Source of the DNA: Octopus sinensis
Lineage: Eukaryota
Assembly: GCF_006345805.1 (NCBI RefSeq)
Contig: NC_042997.1
Coordinates: forward strand, 200,198,001-200,262,000
Direction: 5' to 3'
DNA length: 64,000 nt
Under the pieces are notes generated by a model that was not told the origin of the DNA, did not search any database, and saw nothing but the letters and a program-made list of their open reading frames with translations. A program made the position numbers and the translations under genes. Below, one piece after another: positions 34,605-48,160 of the stretch (positions within the stretch are counted from its first letter, which is position 1; every line of letters begins with the position of its first letter).

Positions 34605-35484
34605 CAGGGTGTCCTAAAAGTCACTGATGACTTTCAATTTTTAATAACTTCCTTAACTTTACAAGTAAATGCATGAAACTTTGATATAATATAAAGAACC
34701 CACTAGAAATTAATATGCACAAGTTAAATTTTGCAACATCCCTACATCAATCACGCTCGGAAAAATGACATTGCTTAAATAGCAGTCATTTTTGGCTTCG
34801 CACGTCCGTGATCTTTCCAAAACTTGCACCATAACACCGTAAGAATTTCGGACCCCACTTCTCTGATTTCTCTATTGTTGTTCTCCTTCAGTTGCACCAG
34901 GGTCTCCAGTTTGTTGACATAAACCCTCTGTTTCAGGTATCCCCACGAGAAGAAAATCCAGGCTAGTCAAGTCTGGGGCATGTGAAGGCCAGATGACATT
35001 GCCATAGTGAGAGATTATTCTTTCTCCAAAGCATTGCCATAGCAACTGCATTGTTTCTCTTGCAGTATGAGCAGTTGCCCCCATCTTGCTGGAACCATGT
35101 GCGAGGTCTACTTTGAATGGCAGGGCACACAAAGGTCTCAATCATGGATAGCTGAAAGAGAGGGTTTATGTCAACAAACTAGAGACCCTGTTGCATCTGA
35201 AGGAGAACATCAATAGAGAAATCAGAAGTGGTGTCTGAAACTCTTGAGGGTGTTATGGCGCAAGTTTTGGAAAGAGCCTGGGCGTGTGAAGCCAAAAATG
35301 GCTGCTATTTAAGCGATGTCATTTTTTCATATGTGATGTTGCGGTATTTTCAAAATTTGATGTGTGCATATTAATTTCCTTTATGTCCTTTATATCATAT
35401 TGTATCAAAATTTCATGCATTTATTTATAAAGTTAAGGAAGTTATCAAAAATTGAAACCCATCAGTTACTTTTGGGATACACTG
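34605..35484. mobile_element. DD41D (rosa-type) mariner derivative built from two inverted 3' ends
   Basis: TA|CAGGGTGTCC...GGATACACTG ends. Minus-strand WFQQDG..ATAHTA...WPSHAPDLTSLD shows 41-residue spacing. The transposase C-terminus is present in both orientations (34850-34935 minus, 35151-35240 plus). Confidence 0.8.
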
Positions 35485-35779
35485 GAGTTGCATTCTTCAT
35501 GACCTGAGAACTAGTGATGCCACCAAGTAACCTACAAGAGCAGACCTCCAGCAACTGAGTGGGGATGCAGTATTGAGAAGGTGGATCTTTGTCAGGTGTT
35601 GAGAGACTGAAGTATGATAGAGTTTCAGGGACAGGTATCTTACTGTAGAAGAGAAACATGGCCTCCTGCGCTATTTTAAGGGTTGGTAGGTCTCTGCTCT
35701 AAAATCTTTACCATGTATAATTGTTAAGGAACCATGTTACAATCCTTAGGGATGAGCAGTGAGGAATCATTGGTATCTG

Positions 35780-36028
35780 CTACTTGTTTCAATCATTGGA
35801 CTGCAGTCATGCTGGGGCACCACCTTGAAGGGTTTAGTCAAACAAACTGATCCTAGTACTTTTTTCAAAAAAAAAAAACCTTGTACATATTCTATCAGTT
35901 TCTTCCACTGAACTGCTAAGTTATTAGAACATTCTCAAACCAACATCAGTTGTCAAAAGATAGTGAGGGACGAACATATACACAAAGACATGCATGCAGA
36001 TACACACACACATATATGCATACATACA

Positions 36029-36098
<70 letters not shown>

Positions 36099-36262
36099 TA
36101 AATTTTCTTATAAAGTATATTTTTAAGTATACTTCACAATAAGTGGACTGTATTAAGAAGTACTCATTGCGAGCTAAATTGAAGGATATTTATTTCATTG
36201 TGTGTTTTCAATTATGCTTTTGAATTTGTATTGACTACCTATGTATTCCTTCTATAATTTCT

Positions 36263-36304
<42 letters not shown>

Positions 36305-36510
36305 ATATATCTTATATACACACACGCACACATATATATTTATATTTATGAGAGGCTTCTTTCAGTTTCTGTCTACCAAATCCACTCACAAGGCTTTGGT
36401 CAACCAGGGGCTATAGTAATAGAAAACACTGGCTTAAGGTACCACACAGTAGGACTGAACCTGGAACCACGTGGGTTGGGAAGCAAGCTTCTCACCACAC
36501 ACCCATGCTT
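35780..36510 (-). mobile_element. SINE family 1 with expanded central microsatellite region
   Basis: 3' half 35780-35990, 5' half 36350-36510. Confidence 0.72.
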
Positions 36511-37407
36511 GGTCATTAAGAAACTGTGATATCCCCAATCTGGTCGCTTAGTTTGAGTTTTTGCTACAAAGTGTCCCCTGCTTAAGACACCTTTTAATAC
36601 AGGAGGGAAGTATTAGATCAGATGGCATGTTGGGCCACATGGAACTGTAGCATTTGTCCCACACGGAACTGTAGCATTTTATAGTAGCACAAACACTAGA
36701 GCAGTTGTTTTACTGTATTGAGAGCACCTCCGTCCTTTGATGGATGACCGCATCAAGGCACTTCAATGTTTCACTTTCATTCCACCCAAAGACACTACAT
36801 TACATTGATATAAGAACAATAATCCTTACATTGATATTCACTTACAGTGAACTTTATTAAAAGATAATTAACACACATAGGTTAACTTGGTATATTTATA
36901 GGCAGATGGTGAGTACGTATAGAATAACCATTATGAAAGCAACTCTCAATTTAGCTTCTGTCGTAAAAGAAGTGACTCCAAAATCTAATATATCAAAATT
37001 AGCCATGGTATTTCTTTTCAGCTTCTCTTTTCAAAGGAACTTAACATATGACTTCCAATAATTCAATAAATACATTTTCTTTTGATCTCTTTTGCTGCAG
37101 AACATTTCCTGTCTTGATTTCCAGCATGTGAAGGCCATTATCACTTCTCTGTTTGTTTCATCATTTCTAACAAAATTGCATCATTTCCTGTTTTCTTGTT
37201 GAATGAAGGAAAAAGAAAAGTAATATAAATTATTTGCAGCTGTAAACTCCTCTTTTATCTAACTGCAACTGTTAACAAAACATTTCTTTATTAGCAATTA
37301 CAAATACAGTATTTAGAAAAGTTTTTAAATGAATTCAATTCTAAAATAGATATCTTTTCACGTACGAACTAGCTGAAATCTGGAGAAAGGAACTAAATTT
37401 AAATATC

Positions 37408-37636
37408 TGTCTCTTTATTACCCACAAGGGGCTAAACATAGAGGGGACAAACAAGGACAGATAAACGGATTAAGTTGATTACATCGACCCCAGTGCGCAA
37501 CTGGTACTTAATTTATCGACCCCGAAAGGATGAAAGGCAAAGTCGACCTTGGCGGAATTTGAACTCAGAATGTAACGGTAGACGAAATACGGCTATGCAT
37601 TTCGTCCAGCGTGCTAACGATTCTTCCAGCTCACAG
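37408..37636 (-). mobile_element. SINE family 2 flanked by 53-bp direct repeats
   Basis: 37355-37407 and 37637-37689 are 48/53 identical. Confidence 0.85.
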
Positions 37637-37819
37637 TTTTCATGTACAAACCAGCTGAATTCTGGAGAAACGAACTAAATTTAAATATCATGAAGCCTTT
37701 CTGGGGGTTAAATTAGAATAAGAATGTAGACATGCTTATTCTACACCATTCATCATTATCATTTTAACATTGACTTTTCCATATTTGTTTGAGTTAGAAG
37801 GAATTAAATGGAGGCCCTG

Positions 37820-38560
37820 GCTAGGTAACCATATATCTCCTTTACAGCCACACACCTCTTTCTTGTTACTTGTCCCTCTCTCTCTCTAGGTAACCATGTC
37901 CCTCCACTTCAACAACAACACACCTGTTTTTGCCCTCATTCTTGTTAACTCAAACACGCTTTCCCACTCTTTCACTTCCTCTCTTTCTCTCTGTCTCTCT
38001 CACTCTGGCTGAATGACCATGGACCTCCTCTACAGCAAAGCATCTATTTCTCTCTCTCTCTCTCTCTCTCATGCTCTAACCTTGCATTGTCTGACACAAG
38101 ATCCCCTCCTCCAATGACACCTCCCCTCTCAAAGACCCTTTGTCTTGCAAAGTTACTTGGTGACTCTGCCACTGCAGGTGCCACTTAAAAAGCATCCAGT
38201 CCACACTGTAAAGTGGTTGGCATTTGGAAGGGCCTCCAGCTGTAAAAACCATGCCCAAACTGACCTCACATGTGCTAGTGCCACTTAGAAATCACCTAGT
38301 CCACACTGTCAAGTGGTTGGCAGTTGGAAGGGCATCCAGGTATAAAAAAACAATTCCAAACTGATCTCACCTGTGCTGGTGCCATGTAAAAAGCATTCAA
38401 CCCACTCTGTGGAGTGGTTGGTGTTAGGAAGGGCATCCAGCCATAAAAGCCATGCCAAAACAGACACAGAAGCATGGTGCAGGCTCCTACTTGGCCAGCT
38501 CCTGTAAAACCATCCAACCCATGCCAGCATGGAAGGAGAACGTTAAATGATGATGATGGA
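37820..38560 (+). mobile_element. LINE-type 3' UTR ending in the shared RTE tail, with a ~100-bp module triplicated
   Basis: Three GTCCACACTGT..AGTGGTTGG..GGAAGGGCATCCAG-like modules, then GGAGAACGTTAAATGATGATG. Confidence 0.65.
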
Positions 38561-39029
38561 TGCCCTTCCAGTTGCCAAACCTTACCCATTTCCAAGTAAG
38601 GTAATATTTCCCATTGGCTGGACATGTTTTTGTAGAAGACTGGAAATGAATGACATTCATTTATGATGATCACATAATGTCAAGACAAGAAAACACTCAC
38701 ACACACACACAAAGAGCTTCATTCAGTTTCCCCTCTACCAAATCCACTCACATGCTTGGGTTGGTCTGCATTTATAGCTGAAGACACTTGCCCAAGGCTC
38801 CATGCGGTAAGAATGAACTCAAAACCATGTGGTTAGAAAGCAAATCTCTCAATCACAGGGAGGAAGTTTCCTGATACATGTTGCAGGGTTTGTTGACAGT
38901 TTCTTAAAGGAGGATGTACTCAGCTTCCTTCACCAATTAATAGCACAAATAAGCTGTTTATAAAGCAGACATGAGTTCAGTTAGCACCATGGTGGATAGA
39001 GTAGTTTGCATATTTGTAATATATTATTA

Positions 39030-39398
39030 ATACAAGAGCACTCAGAGAGTGCAAACTTTCACCTAGGCAACACCAACATCTTCTCAATGATTAGCAAGAG
39101 ATGATTTTTAAAATGAGAATATTTGAAATAAACTCATCTGCTCTCACAAATGAGAATACTAAAAATGAACCTGACCACTTTCAAAAATTAAATGAAAGAA
39201 CAGGAAAAATAATCCAGAATGCTTGTCCGGTACCAGATTGATTTCCCAAATCTAATCAGTTTGTGCTAGTCATGAGGCCAAACATCCCTGAAAGCTTCAT
39301 CTGAATCCATCCAGTGGTTCTTGAGATATCTTGTCCATGGACAAACAAACAAATGTGACTGAAAACAATACCTCTGCCTTCGCTAAGGTGGAGGTAAT
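39030..39398 (+). mobile_element. Non-autonomous Helentron/DINE-like element (HINE)
   Basis: ACAAGAG start; internal TTCATCTGAATCCATCCAGTGGTTCTTGAGATAT..ACAAACAAAC; 3' hairpin TACCTCTGCCTT-CGCT-AAGGTGGAGGTA (39369-39396) followed by ATAA. Confidence 0.6.
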
Positions 39399-40623
39399 AA
39401 TTGTAGTTTGGTATTGTTCAAACAATATCTATTCGTGCATAATGTAGCTTAAACCAGAACAAAATAATTTAAATCTCGTAAATCCTCACTATTGCTAAAT
39501 AAGAATGATGTGTGAAAACAAGAGAGCACGAGGCTCTAGATATACTCTTTCATGGTTTATTGAGTGCTCCTTCCTAAATCAACTGCATAGATCAGCTACT
39601 TACAAAGCAATCATAAATTAGATTAGCACGTTAGTGGATTGCCTAATTTGTGTTTTTTTATTTGAGCTTTTTATGATTCATGTTGTGTTGTGTATAAATG
39701 GATATTGCTTAATTCATGGTCATATTTTTACTGTTACAAGCTAACAACAGTAAAATTATGCACATTAATTTATCCACTATGGTGCTAGCCGAATTTATGA
39801 CTGCTTTATAAGTGTCAGATGTAGACTGTAATTGGAGAAGGAAGAGATGGCCAGGTATGTCTTTTCTGTGGATTATTCAACAAGCCACTGTCCATCAGAA
39901 CACAACCCCCTTTATTTCTTTCTTTACATGAATAGTATAAACAGTTATTAATACTACTATACATAAGAGAGAAAGAGGGGGGGGGGCAGGTAACAAGAAG
40001 AGACATCTGTATATGTTACAGATGGATGTATACAATTGTCTTTTACAAGCAGTATTGGCTAAAATCTATAGATACGCCCTATACTACAGTACAGAAGTTA
40101 TATTTTCCTTGTGGGCAACATTATTATAATATAAAAAAATAGTAATGATTTATAAAAAAAAAGGCATGTGGCTGCACATTTGCAGGAGGGCACAGTTTAT
40201 TGTATTAACCCCAGTTTTTGAAAAATACTTATCTTATTGAGGCCAGAGTAATGTAAGATTAAGTTAACTTTGGGATAGGATTCGAACTCAGAATATATTT
40301 TAGCCACCACCCTATTGATAATAACAATTCTGCCCACTTTTATTGTATAAAAGTAATATTCAAAATGATTGTGCCCATCACTAAAGTCGGCCGTGGCAGA
40401 ATTTGAAGAGTTCAGATGTATACCATACAGCATCTGGTCCATCATTCTTGTAGTTCTGCCAATCCAGCATCCTGGATTGGTATTTTATTTTATCAACAAC
40501 AAAAGAATGAAGACTAGAGGTGACTCTGGTAGGATTCGAACTCAGAGGGCATTGAGTCAGAACAAATAATATGAGGCATTCTGTCAAATTACCATCTATT
40601 GTTTGGTCTACTGCTGTCTCACA

Positions 40624-40662
<39 letters not shown>

Positions 40663-40744
40663 TACATACACACACACACACACTCACACACACACACACA
40701 CATGCACACACACTCACACTCACGTGTGTGTGTGTGTGTATATA

Positions 40745-40801
<57 letters not shown>

Positions 40802-40811
40802 TGTGTGTGTG

Positions 40812-40844
<33 letters not shown>

Positions 40845-41135
40845 GGTGGGTTGATTCGGGGTTAACCACAGTAAGTAAGGTACTCAATAATAGCAGAGTA
40901 AAATTAATTTATTATAATAATATATATATATATATATATACACCAGGGTAAGTACATAAATGCGAATGAAGGTGGAAAAAAAAACAGTACTCGAATACCA
41001 GAGGTAGAATAATATGCTATATTATTAAAGCTGCAAAAACATCACAAAAATATCACAAAAAATTGCTACTCAGAGTTTCCCGCTCCCATTCGTTGGACAG
41101 TTTTGATACAAACACACACACACACACACACACAC

Positions 41136-41174
<39 letters not shown>

Positions 41175-41469
41175 CTAACTGAAAGCATTTCTTTCTCCAA
41201 CACTTATCCTCTATTAATATTTCCTATCCTGCATATATCTTATGTGTCATTATGAACCAATGACATATAACTGATTGACCAGCAGTTCCACATCTATCAG
41301 CCGTAATTCAAAACAGGTTGAGTGGCAGTGTAATTCTAAGAGGTGACTAAGAAAACTACAGTTTACACTTGAAATATTCTATGCTATATAAAAATATTCA
41401 TGATTGTGACGGGCTACAAAAACCATACAATGTTTCCTACAGGAAAGCAACAAATATTATGAATACCCT

Positions 41470-41706
41470 TTACTCTTTTATTCTTTTACTTGTTTCAGTC
41501 ATTTGACTGTGGACATGCTGGAGCACCGCCTTTTAGTTGAGCAAATTGACCTCAGTACTTATTCTTTGTAAGCCTAGTACTTATTCTATTGGTCTCTTTT
41601 GCCAAACTGCTAAGTGACAGCAGCGTAAACACACCACCATCAGTCGTCAAGCGATGGTGGGGGGACAAACACACAAACATATACACACACACATATATAT
41701 ACATAT

Positions 41707-41746
<40 letters not shown>

Positions 41747-41905
41747 CGATGGGCTTCTTTCAGTTTCCGTCTACCAAATCAACTCACAAGGCTTTGGTTG
41801 GCCCGAGGCCACAGCAGAAGACACTTGCCCAAGGTGCCACACAGTGGGACTGAACCCGGAACCATGTGGTTGGTAAGCAAGCTTCTTACCACACACCCAT
41901 TCCTA
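41470..41905 (-). mobile_element. SINE family 1
   Basis: Reverse-complement full copy. Confidence 0.88.
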
Positions 41906-42034
41906 ATGTTACATGTTTAGAAAATTATTTTATTTAAATATAAAGAAAAATATCTCTCTCTTTCTAGCTTCACCCTGGTCACTTCCACCCACTGTTCTAC
42001 AATGTGAGCAGCCATCTAGCTCCTTTACAATGTG

Positions 42035-42455
42035 CTGGAGTGGCTGTATGGTAAGTAGCTTTCTTACCAACTATATAGTTCCGGGTTCAGTCCCACTGTG
42101 TGGCACCTTGGGCAAGTGTCTTCTACTACAGTTTCGGGCCAACCAAAGCCTTGTGAGTGGATTTGGTAGACGGAAACTGAAAGAAGCCAGTTGTATATAT
42201 GTATATATATATGTGTGTATGTGTGTGTGTATATGTTTGCATGTCTGTGTTTGTCTCCCCAACATCACTTGAAAACCGATGTTGTTGTGTTTATGTCCCC
42301 GTAACTTAGCGGTTCAGAAAAAGAGACTGATAGAATAAGTACTAAGCTTACAAAAGAATAAGTCCTGGGGTCTATTTGCTCGACTAAAGGCAGTGCTCCA
42401 GCATGGCCGTAGTCAAATGACTGAAACAAATAAAAGAATAAAACAATAAAAGAAT
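42035..42455 (+). mobile_element. SINE family 1
   Basis: Full copy. Confidence 0.88.
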
Positions 42456-42489
42456 AAATGAATTCTGGCTTCTTCTCTCATACTTTAAC

Positions 42490-42520
<31 letters not shown>

Positions 42521-42567
42521 GCAGCTCCACTCAGTCAAAGTGATCTTTGTCTTGCAAAGTGCATGGT

Positions 42568-42879
42568 ACATGGAGGCATATGGCCTAGTGGTTAGAGTAG
42601 CGGACTCGCGCTCGAGGGATCGTGGGTTTGAATCTCAGACCGGGCGAAGTGTGTGTTTATGAGCAAAATACCTAAGCTCCACGCGGCTCCCACAGAAGGT
42701 AATGGCGAACTTCTGTTAACTCTTTGCCACAACTTTCTCTCACTCTTTCCTCCTGCATCTTGCAGCTCACCTGCGATGGACCAGCTTCCGGTCCAAGTGG
42801 GGAACCTATACGCCAAGGAAACCGGGAAGCCGGCCCTTATGAGCCAGGTATGGCTCAAGAAGAAACAAACAAAACAAAC
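42568..42879 (+). mobile_element. tRNA(Arg)-like SINE, family 3 variant with a different 3' half, nested in an older RTE-tail relic
   Basis: Head GGAGGCATATGGCCTAGTGGTTAGAG, (AAAC)n tail, TSD TGCATGGT at 42560-42567 and 42880-42887. Confidence 0.82.
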
Positions 42880-43114
42880 TGCATGGTGATCTCACCAGTA
42901 CTGGTACCATGAAAGAAGCACGCAGTAGATTCTGTAAAGTGTTTGGCATCAGAAAGAGCATCTAGCTGCTAAAGCACCCAAAACAGACATTGGAACGCAA
43001 TGTAGTCCTCTAACCTGCTGGATTGGACCCTTTCGAACCATCCAGCCAATGCTGATATGGACCATAAACATTAAAAGACAATGATGGTGATGGCTTATGA
43101 AGTATTATTATTCA

Positions 43115-43370
43115 TCATCATCATCACCATCATCATTTAACGTCCGTTTTCCATGCGAGCATGGGTTGGACGGTTCGACCGAGGTCTGGAAGCCATGGAG
43201 GCTGCACCAGGCTCTAGTCTGATTTGGCAGTGTTGCTACAGCTGGATGCCCTTCCTAACGTCAACCACTCCGTGAGTGTAGTGGGTGTTTTTTATGTGCC
43301 ACTGGCAGAGGGGCCAGAGCAGGCTGACAAATGGCCACAATCAGTTGGTGCTTTTACGTGTCACCGACAT
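43115..43370 (-). mobile_element. RTE 3' tail
   Basis: (CAT)n tail and standard 3' UTR; tail-to-tail with a degenerate plus-strand tail at 42890-43095. Confidence 0.82.
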
Positions 43371-45656
43371 TATTGTTTTTGCTAAAATGGTTTCTGTTGG
43401 TGAAAGGTTAAAAACTGACATTCTAGAATCTGCTTAGAATATGTTTGCTTTTCAGATGATGCATTTCCTTTAGTCATTGCTCAAGCTTGACTCTTGTGTG
43501 GCCTTCATAGTTTTGCACATGCCTTATACTGCAGGATGTTTGATCAGTGAAAATAAAACCTTCTCTGCCAACTGATCTAATAATTCTTTTAATGTCTTAT
43601 TCATCTTAAAGCCAATGGATTATATTCAAGATGAGAATGTAATTTATTCATACCGATCTTCAACCTTCCATATCTACTCTCTCGCTCACTATGAACATAC
43701 GTATGTGTTTGTGTGTGTGTATTTCTGTGTGTGATGTTTGTGTTTCTCTGTGTGTTTCTGTGTGTGTAAGTGTGTGTGTGTGTGAGTGTGTGTGCGTTTG
43801 TATGTGTGAGTATGTGTGTGTGTGTTTATGTCTGTGTGTGTTTGTGTGTGTTAGTTTGTGTGCATGCATGAGAAAGAGGGAGAAGAGGTAAGGAGCAAGT
43901 GTGTACATGTGTTAGTTTGCATGTATGTGTGCATGTCTGTGTTGAGCATATTGCATGCGCTTTTACATGCTCAACTGCAGGATTTTGCATATGTGTGTAT
44001 GTGTGTGTGTGTGTGCGCGCATGACAACATATCATATGCATATACATCCATACATACATACATATATATGCATATATATTTACATATGTAATGTATATAT
44101 GTTTATATAATTGTGTGTGTGTGTATATATATGTATGCATGTATACATGTACGTATATACAAGTACATAAACATACACACAGTTGCATGCATATGTACAC
44201 ACATCCATACACATATACATACATCCACATACATGAGCACCTACTTCAGATACTTCAGAAAGATTACATACACAAATCTACGTATGCATATTCATACAAA
44301 ATGGCCATGGATTTATGCACAAATATTTACATAAAAACAATGCATATGGAAATTTAACACAATTACACACATCTATGCATTACGTTTCCTCACACACACA
44401 CAAACACACAAATAAAAGCAGAGTAACTGTATATATATATGGTAATAAACATGAAAGTCTATATGTGCACAAACAAAGAAATTTAGAAAAAGGTGTTTTG
44501 AAATACATACCCTATGGAAGCATTGTCATGAACATACATACCATCCGGTTTGGAAGAAAGAATATAATATAATTGAAAACAGGAAATTATCCAAAGGTCA
44601 ACGTAAACTAAAATGCATTGGAATTGGTAAACCATTACAAACTAGATTAGAAATGAAAGTCTTCTGAAAATTCTTGGATGTTTCTTTTTGTTAATATAGT
44701 TTGCATTTCTTTTATGGCTGGCAAAGAAATTCATGTTGTATTATGGAATGTATTTCCTTGAAAAGTAATTCAGATAAATAAAAACAAAACTAGATGTCAT
44801 ATGTAAAAGATAGAAAACTTTCAAAGAAAAGGGGAAACATCTTCAGAATAGCAGCCATTAAATATGAGAACAATGAGACAAAACATCTATAACGAAATAG
44901 AATAGAGAAAGATAATAAATAATAATATGAATAACAATAATAATAATAACAATAAATATAATGGATAACTAAAGAAATTTGTTACCTGAAGGCTATGTGC
45001 CTAATTTATATAAGTACATCATTATTATCAACATCAACACAGACATCATCAACATTATTTAATATGCTCTCTATCTAATAGCATAGGAAATTTGATATGT
45101 TATACATACAGTGAAAATCAACAAAAAATGCATATGCACACACATACATGAAGTACAATGACGTGTTTTATATGCAGGGCAAATAACCAGTTACATTAAG
45201 ACTTAATATAGTTTACTGTGTCAAACACCTAAAATCACATGTAAAATGCATAACAACAAATGTCATAACATACTTCAATATATTAGTGATAGTTCAATAT
45301 ATATTCATTCCTACAGCTGTTTTAATAATCCTTACATCACATCATGATTAAAGATTAAATCATGTAAGGTTTATAGAAACAGCTGTAGGAAGGCATATAC
45401 TGAAATATCACTAAGGTTTTCTGTTGTTCTTTCGCACACATACACACATACACACACGCATGCACACACAGACGCATTCATACACAGATGCATGCACACA
45501 CACACACAGATAGATGGAAAATTTACACAAATGCATCTAGATATATGCACAAATATTTACATTAAAAATATTCAAAAATCTAAACACAATTACACAAACA
45601 CAAATATATTAAACATAAGATATGTATGCATCTATATACACACAAATATATGTATA

Positions 45657-46230
45657 TAGGGTACTTCGATCCCTTATCTGGTGGTCAATGAGGAAACTAG
45701 GGATAGATGAATGGTTAGTGAGAGCTGTGCGAGCCATGTACAGGGATGCCGTCAGTAAGGTGAGGGTTGGCAATGAGTACAGTGAAGAATTCCGGGTAGA
45801 GGTAGGGGTCCAACAAGGTTCAGTCCTCAGCCCCCTCCTATTTATCATAGTTCTCCAGGCAATAACAGAGGAATTCAAGACAGGATGCCCCTGGGAGCTC
45901 CTCTATGCTAATGACCTTGCTCTAATTGTTGAGTCACTATCAGAACTAGAGAAGTTTCAGGTGTGGAAGCAAGGATTAGAATCGAAGGGTTTTAGATTCA
46001 ACCTAGTTAAAACCAAAGTCCTAATAAGTAGGAAGGTAGACAAACCACAAACCCCTTCAGGTAGATGGCCCTGCTCGATCTGTAGAAAAAGCGTAGGTTG
46101 AAACTCTATAAGATGTACCCAGTATAAGCTATGGACACATAAGAGGTGCAGCAATGTCAAAGGAAGGCTAACTAGGAAGATAGTTTTTGTGTGTGGCAAA
46201 TGCTCAGGAGCAATAAACACTGAAAATATG
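45657..46230 (+). pseudogene. Internal RTE ORF2 fragment (RT motifs plus PHD-like finger)
   Basis: RSLIWWSMRKLGIDEWLVRAV...QQGSVLSPLLF...LLYANDL...WPCSICRK; closely similar to about 53100-53680 in the opposite orientation. Confidence 0.92.
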
Positions 46231-46455
46231 ACAAGACTGGCTCTTTGAAATACAGGTACAACAGAAACGGGAAGAAAGAGTGAGAGAAAGTTGTGGTGAA
46301 AGTGTACAGCAGGGTTCGCTACCATCCCCTGCCTGAGCATCGTGGAGCTTTAGGTGTTTTTGCTCAATAAACACTCACAACGTCCAGTCTGTGAATCAAA
46401 ACCACTATCCTGTGACCACGAGTCCACTGCCCTAACCACCGGGCCATTGTGCCTC
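46231..46455 (-). mobile_element. SINE family 3, 5' half, joined to the RTE fragment
   Basis: Reverse complement matches 4614-4845. Confidence 0.85.
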
Positions 46456-47603
46456 TACAATCATTACTAAAAATCAAAGATTGATAATTAAAAATTACAT
46501 AGTTTATATAAGAAACTTTCTAAAAAATAATATCAGAAAGACTTCTTCCCATCCCCCCAGTTTTCTCCCAAATTATTATTATTACTATTATCATTATTTT
46601 TATTTTTTGCCAAAAAATCCCCGTTTTTAGATACGGAGATTCTGTAAAATTGCCCCAAATTAGCATTTTGAAATTTCTGCCCCCACTTCTCCCCTTCCCC
46701 CACTTTGTTCATTTTTCACTTTTTTCCATAAATCTAACCATAACTGTAACCCTAACCCTAACCCTAACCGTAATGGTAACTATTTTTGGAAATTTTTTTC
46801 AGAATCATGATCTCCATATTTTGAAACAAAACATTTCTGAAAAAAGTTTGAAATGAAGGAATTTGGGGCGTAATTTCAAAATGCCTACTTTTGCAAATTT
46901 CTCTGTAGCCAAAAACAGGGGTTTGTGTAGAAATAAAATAAAAACAGGGGTGTTTTTTGGGGGGAATATCATAACAGTATTACTGTAGAAATTAGATAAA
47001 CACTGAATTATCCAAACCCCACCCAAAAAATTATCCAAAAATATTTCAACCATAAGGATTTCATAAATGTCCTTTTGATAATTACTCATTACCATACTAA
47101 AAAAAAAAAACACAAAAAATAAATAATGCTAAAATTAAAATTAAAATTACTTTGTTCTTTTGAAGAAAAATCTCATTGAAATGTTTATATGCATTTATAC
47201 TTACGGAAGAATAGAATGGACATAATTCCACAAAAGTAATCTACAAAGTATGTTTTTAATATGGTGTACAATAAATATTATTTATGCAAGAATGGTTTTT
47301 ATTTAAATTAATTTTTACAAAATTAAATAAAAATATTACTTTCTTATTTTCAGGGGAAATAATTCACTTTAAATCAATGTGTTTGTAATTTAATGCATTC
47401 ATAATATAATACTAGAAATATATAATATTTAGAATAGGCTCTACTTAAAAATTTAATATAAATTAATATAATTAGAATTAAGATCATTCAAATGGTTTCA
47501 ATATCATTATCATATTTACTCTTTTCCTATACTAAAATTACTTATTTTATTAGAGGAATATATCGTATCATAATGCTTATAATATACACATATATACACA
47601 TAG

Positions 47604-48050
47604 GTACAGGGGTGGCTGTGTGGTAAGTAGCTTGCTTACCAATCATATGGCCTCGGGTTCAATCCCACTGTGTGGCACTATAAGCAACCTGTTTCCTGCT
47701 ATAGCCTTGGGGCAAACAAAGCCTTGTGAATGGATTTGGTAGAAACAGAAGGAACCCATTGATATGTATGTATGTATGTATATATATATGTGTGTGTATG
47801 TATGTATGTATGTAGTATGTATGTATGTATGTATGTATGTATGTATGTATGTGTTTGTGAGTCAGTGTTTCTTCCCCCACCATAGCTTGACAACCGATGT
47901 TGGTGTGTTTACGTCCCTGTAACATAGCGGTTTGGTAAAAGACTGATAGAATAAATACTAGGCTTACAAAGAATAAGTCCTAGGGTCGATTTAAGATGGT
48001 GCTCCAGCATGGCCACTGTCAAATGACTGAAACGAATAAAAGAATAAAAG
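47604..48050 (+). mobile_element. SINE family 1 with (TATG)n centre
   Basis: Head, core and tail are recognisable. Confidence 0.82.
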
Positions 48051-48160
48051 CATATACATATATGCATAAAACATCTATAAATACACATATATTTATACAT
48101 AGACACATATATACACATATATACACACATACATACATACATACATAGATGCATACATAT

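Noticed and set aside
36900-37260. Protein-like purine-rich minus-strand stretch as an exon
   Set aside because: Stops in all three frames within about 50 codons and no matching donor; possibly an unrecognised TE relic.
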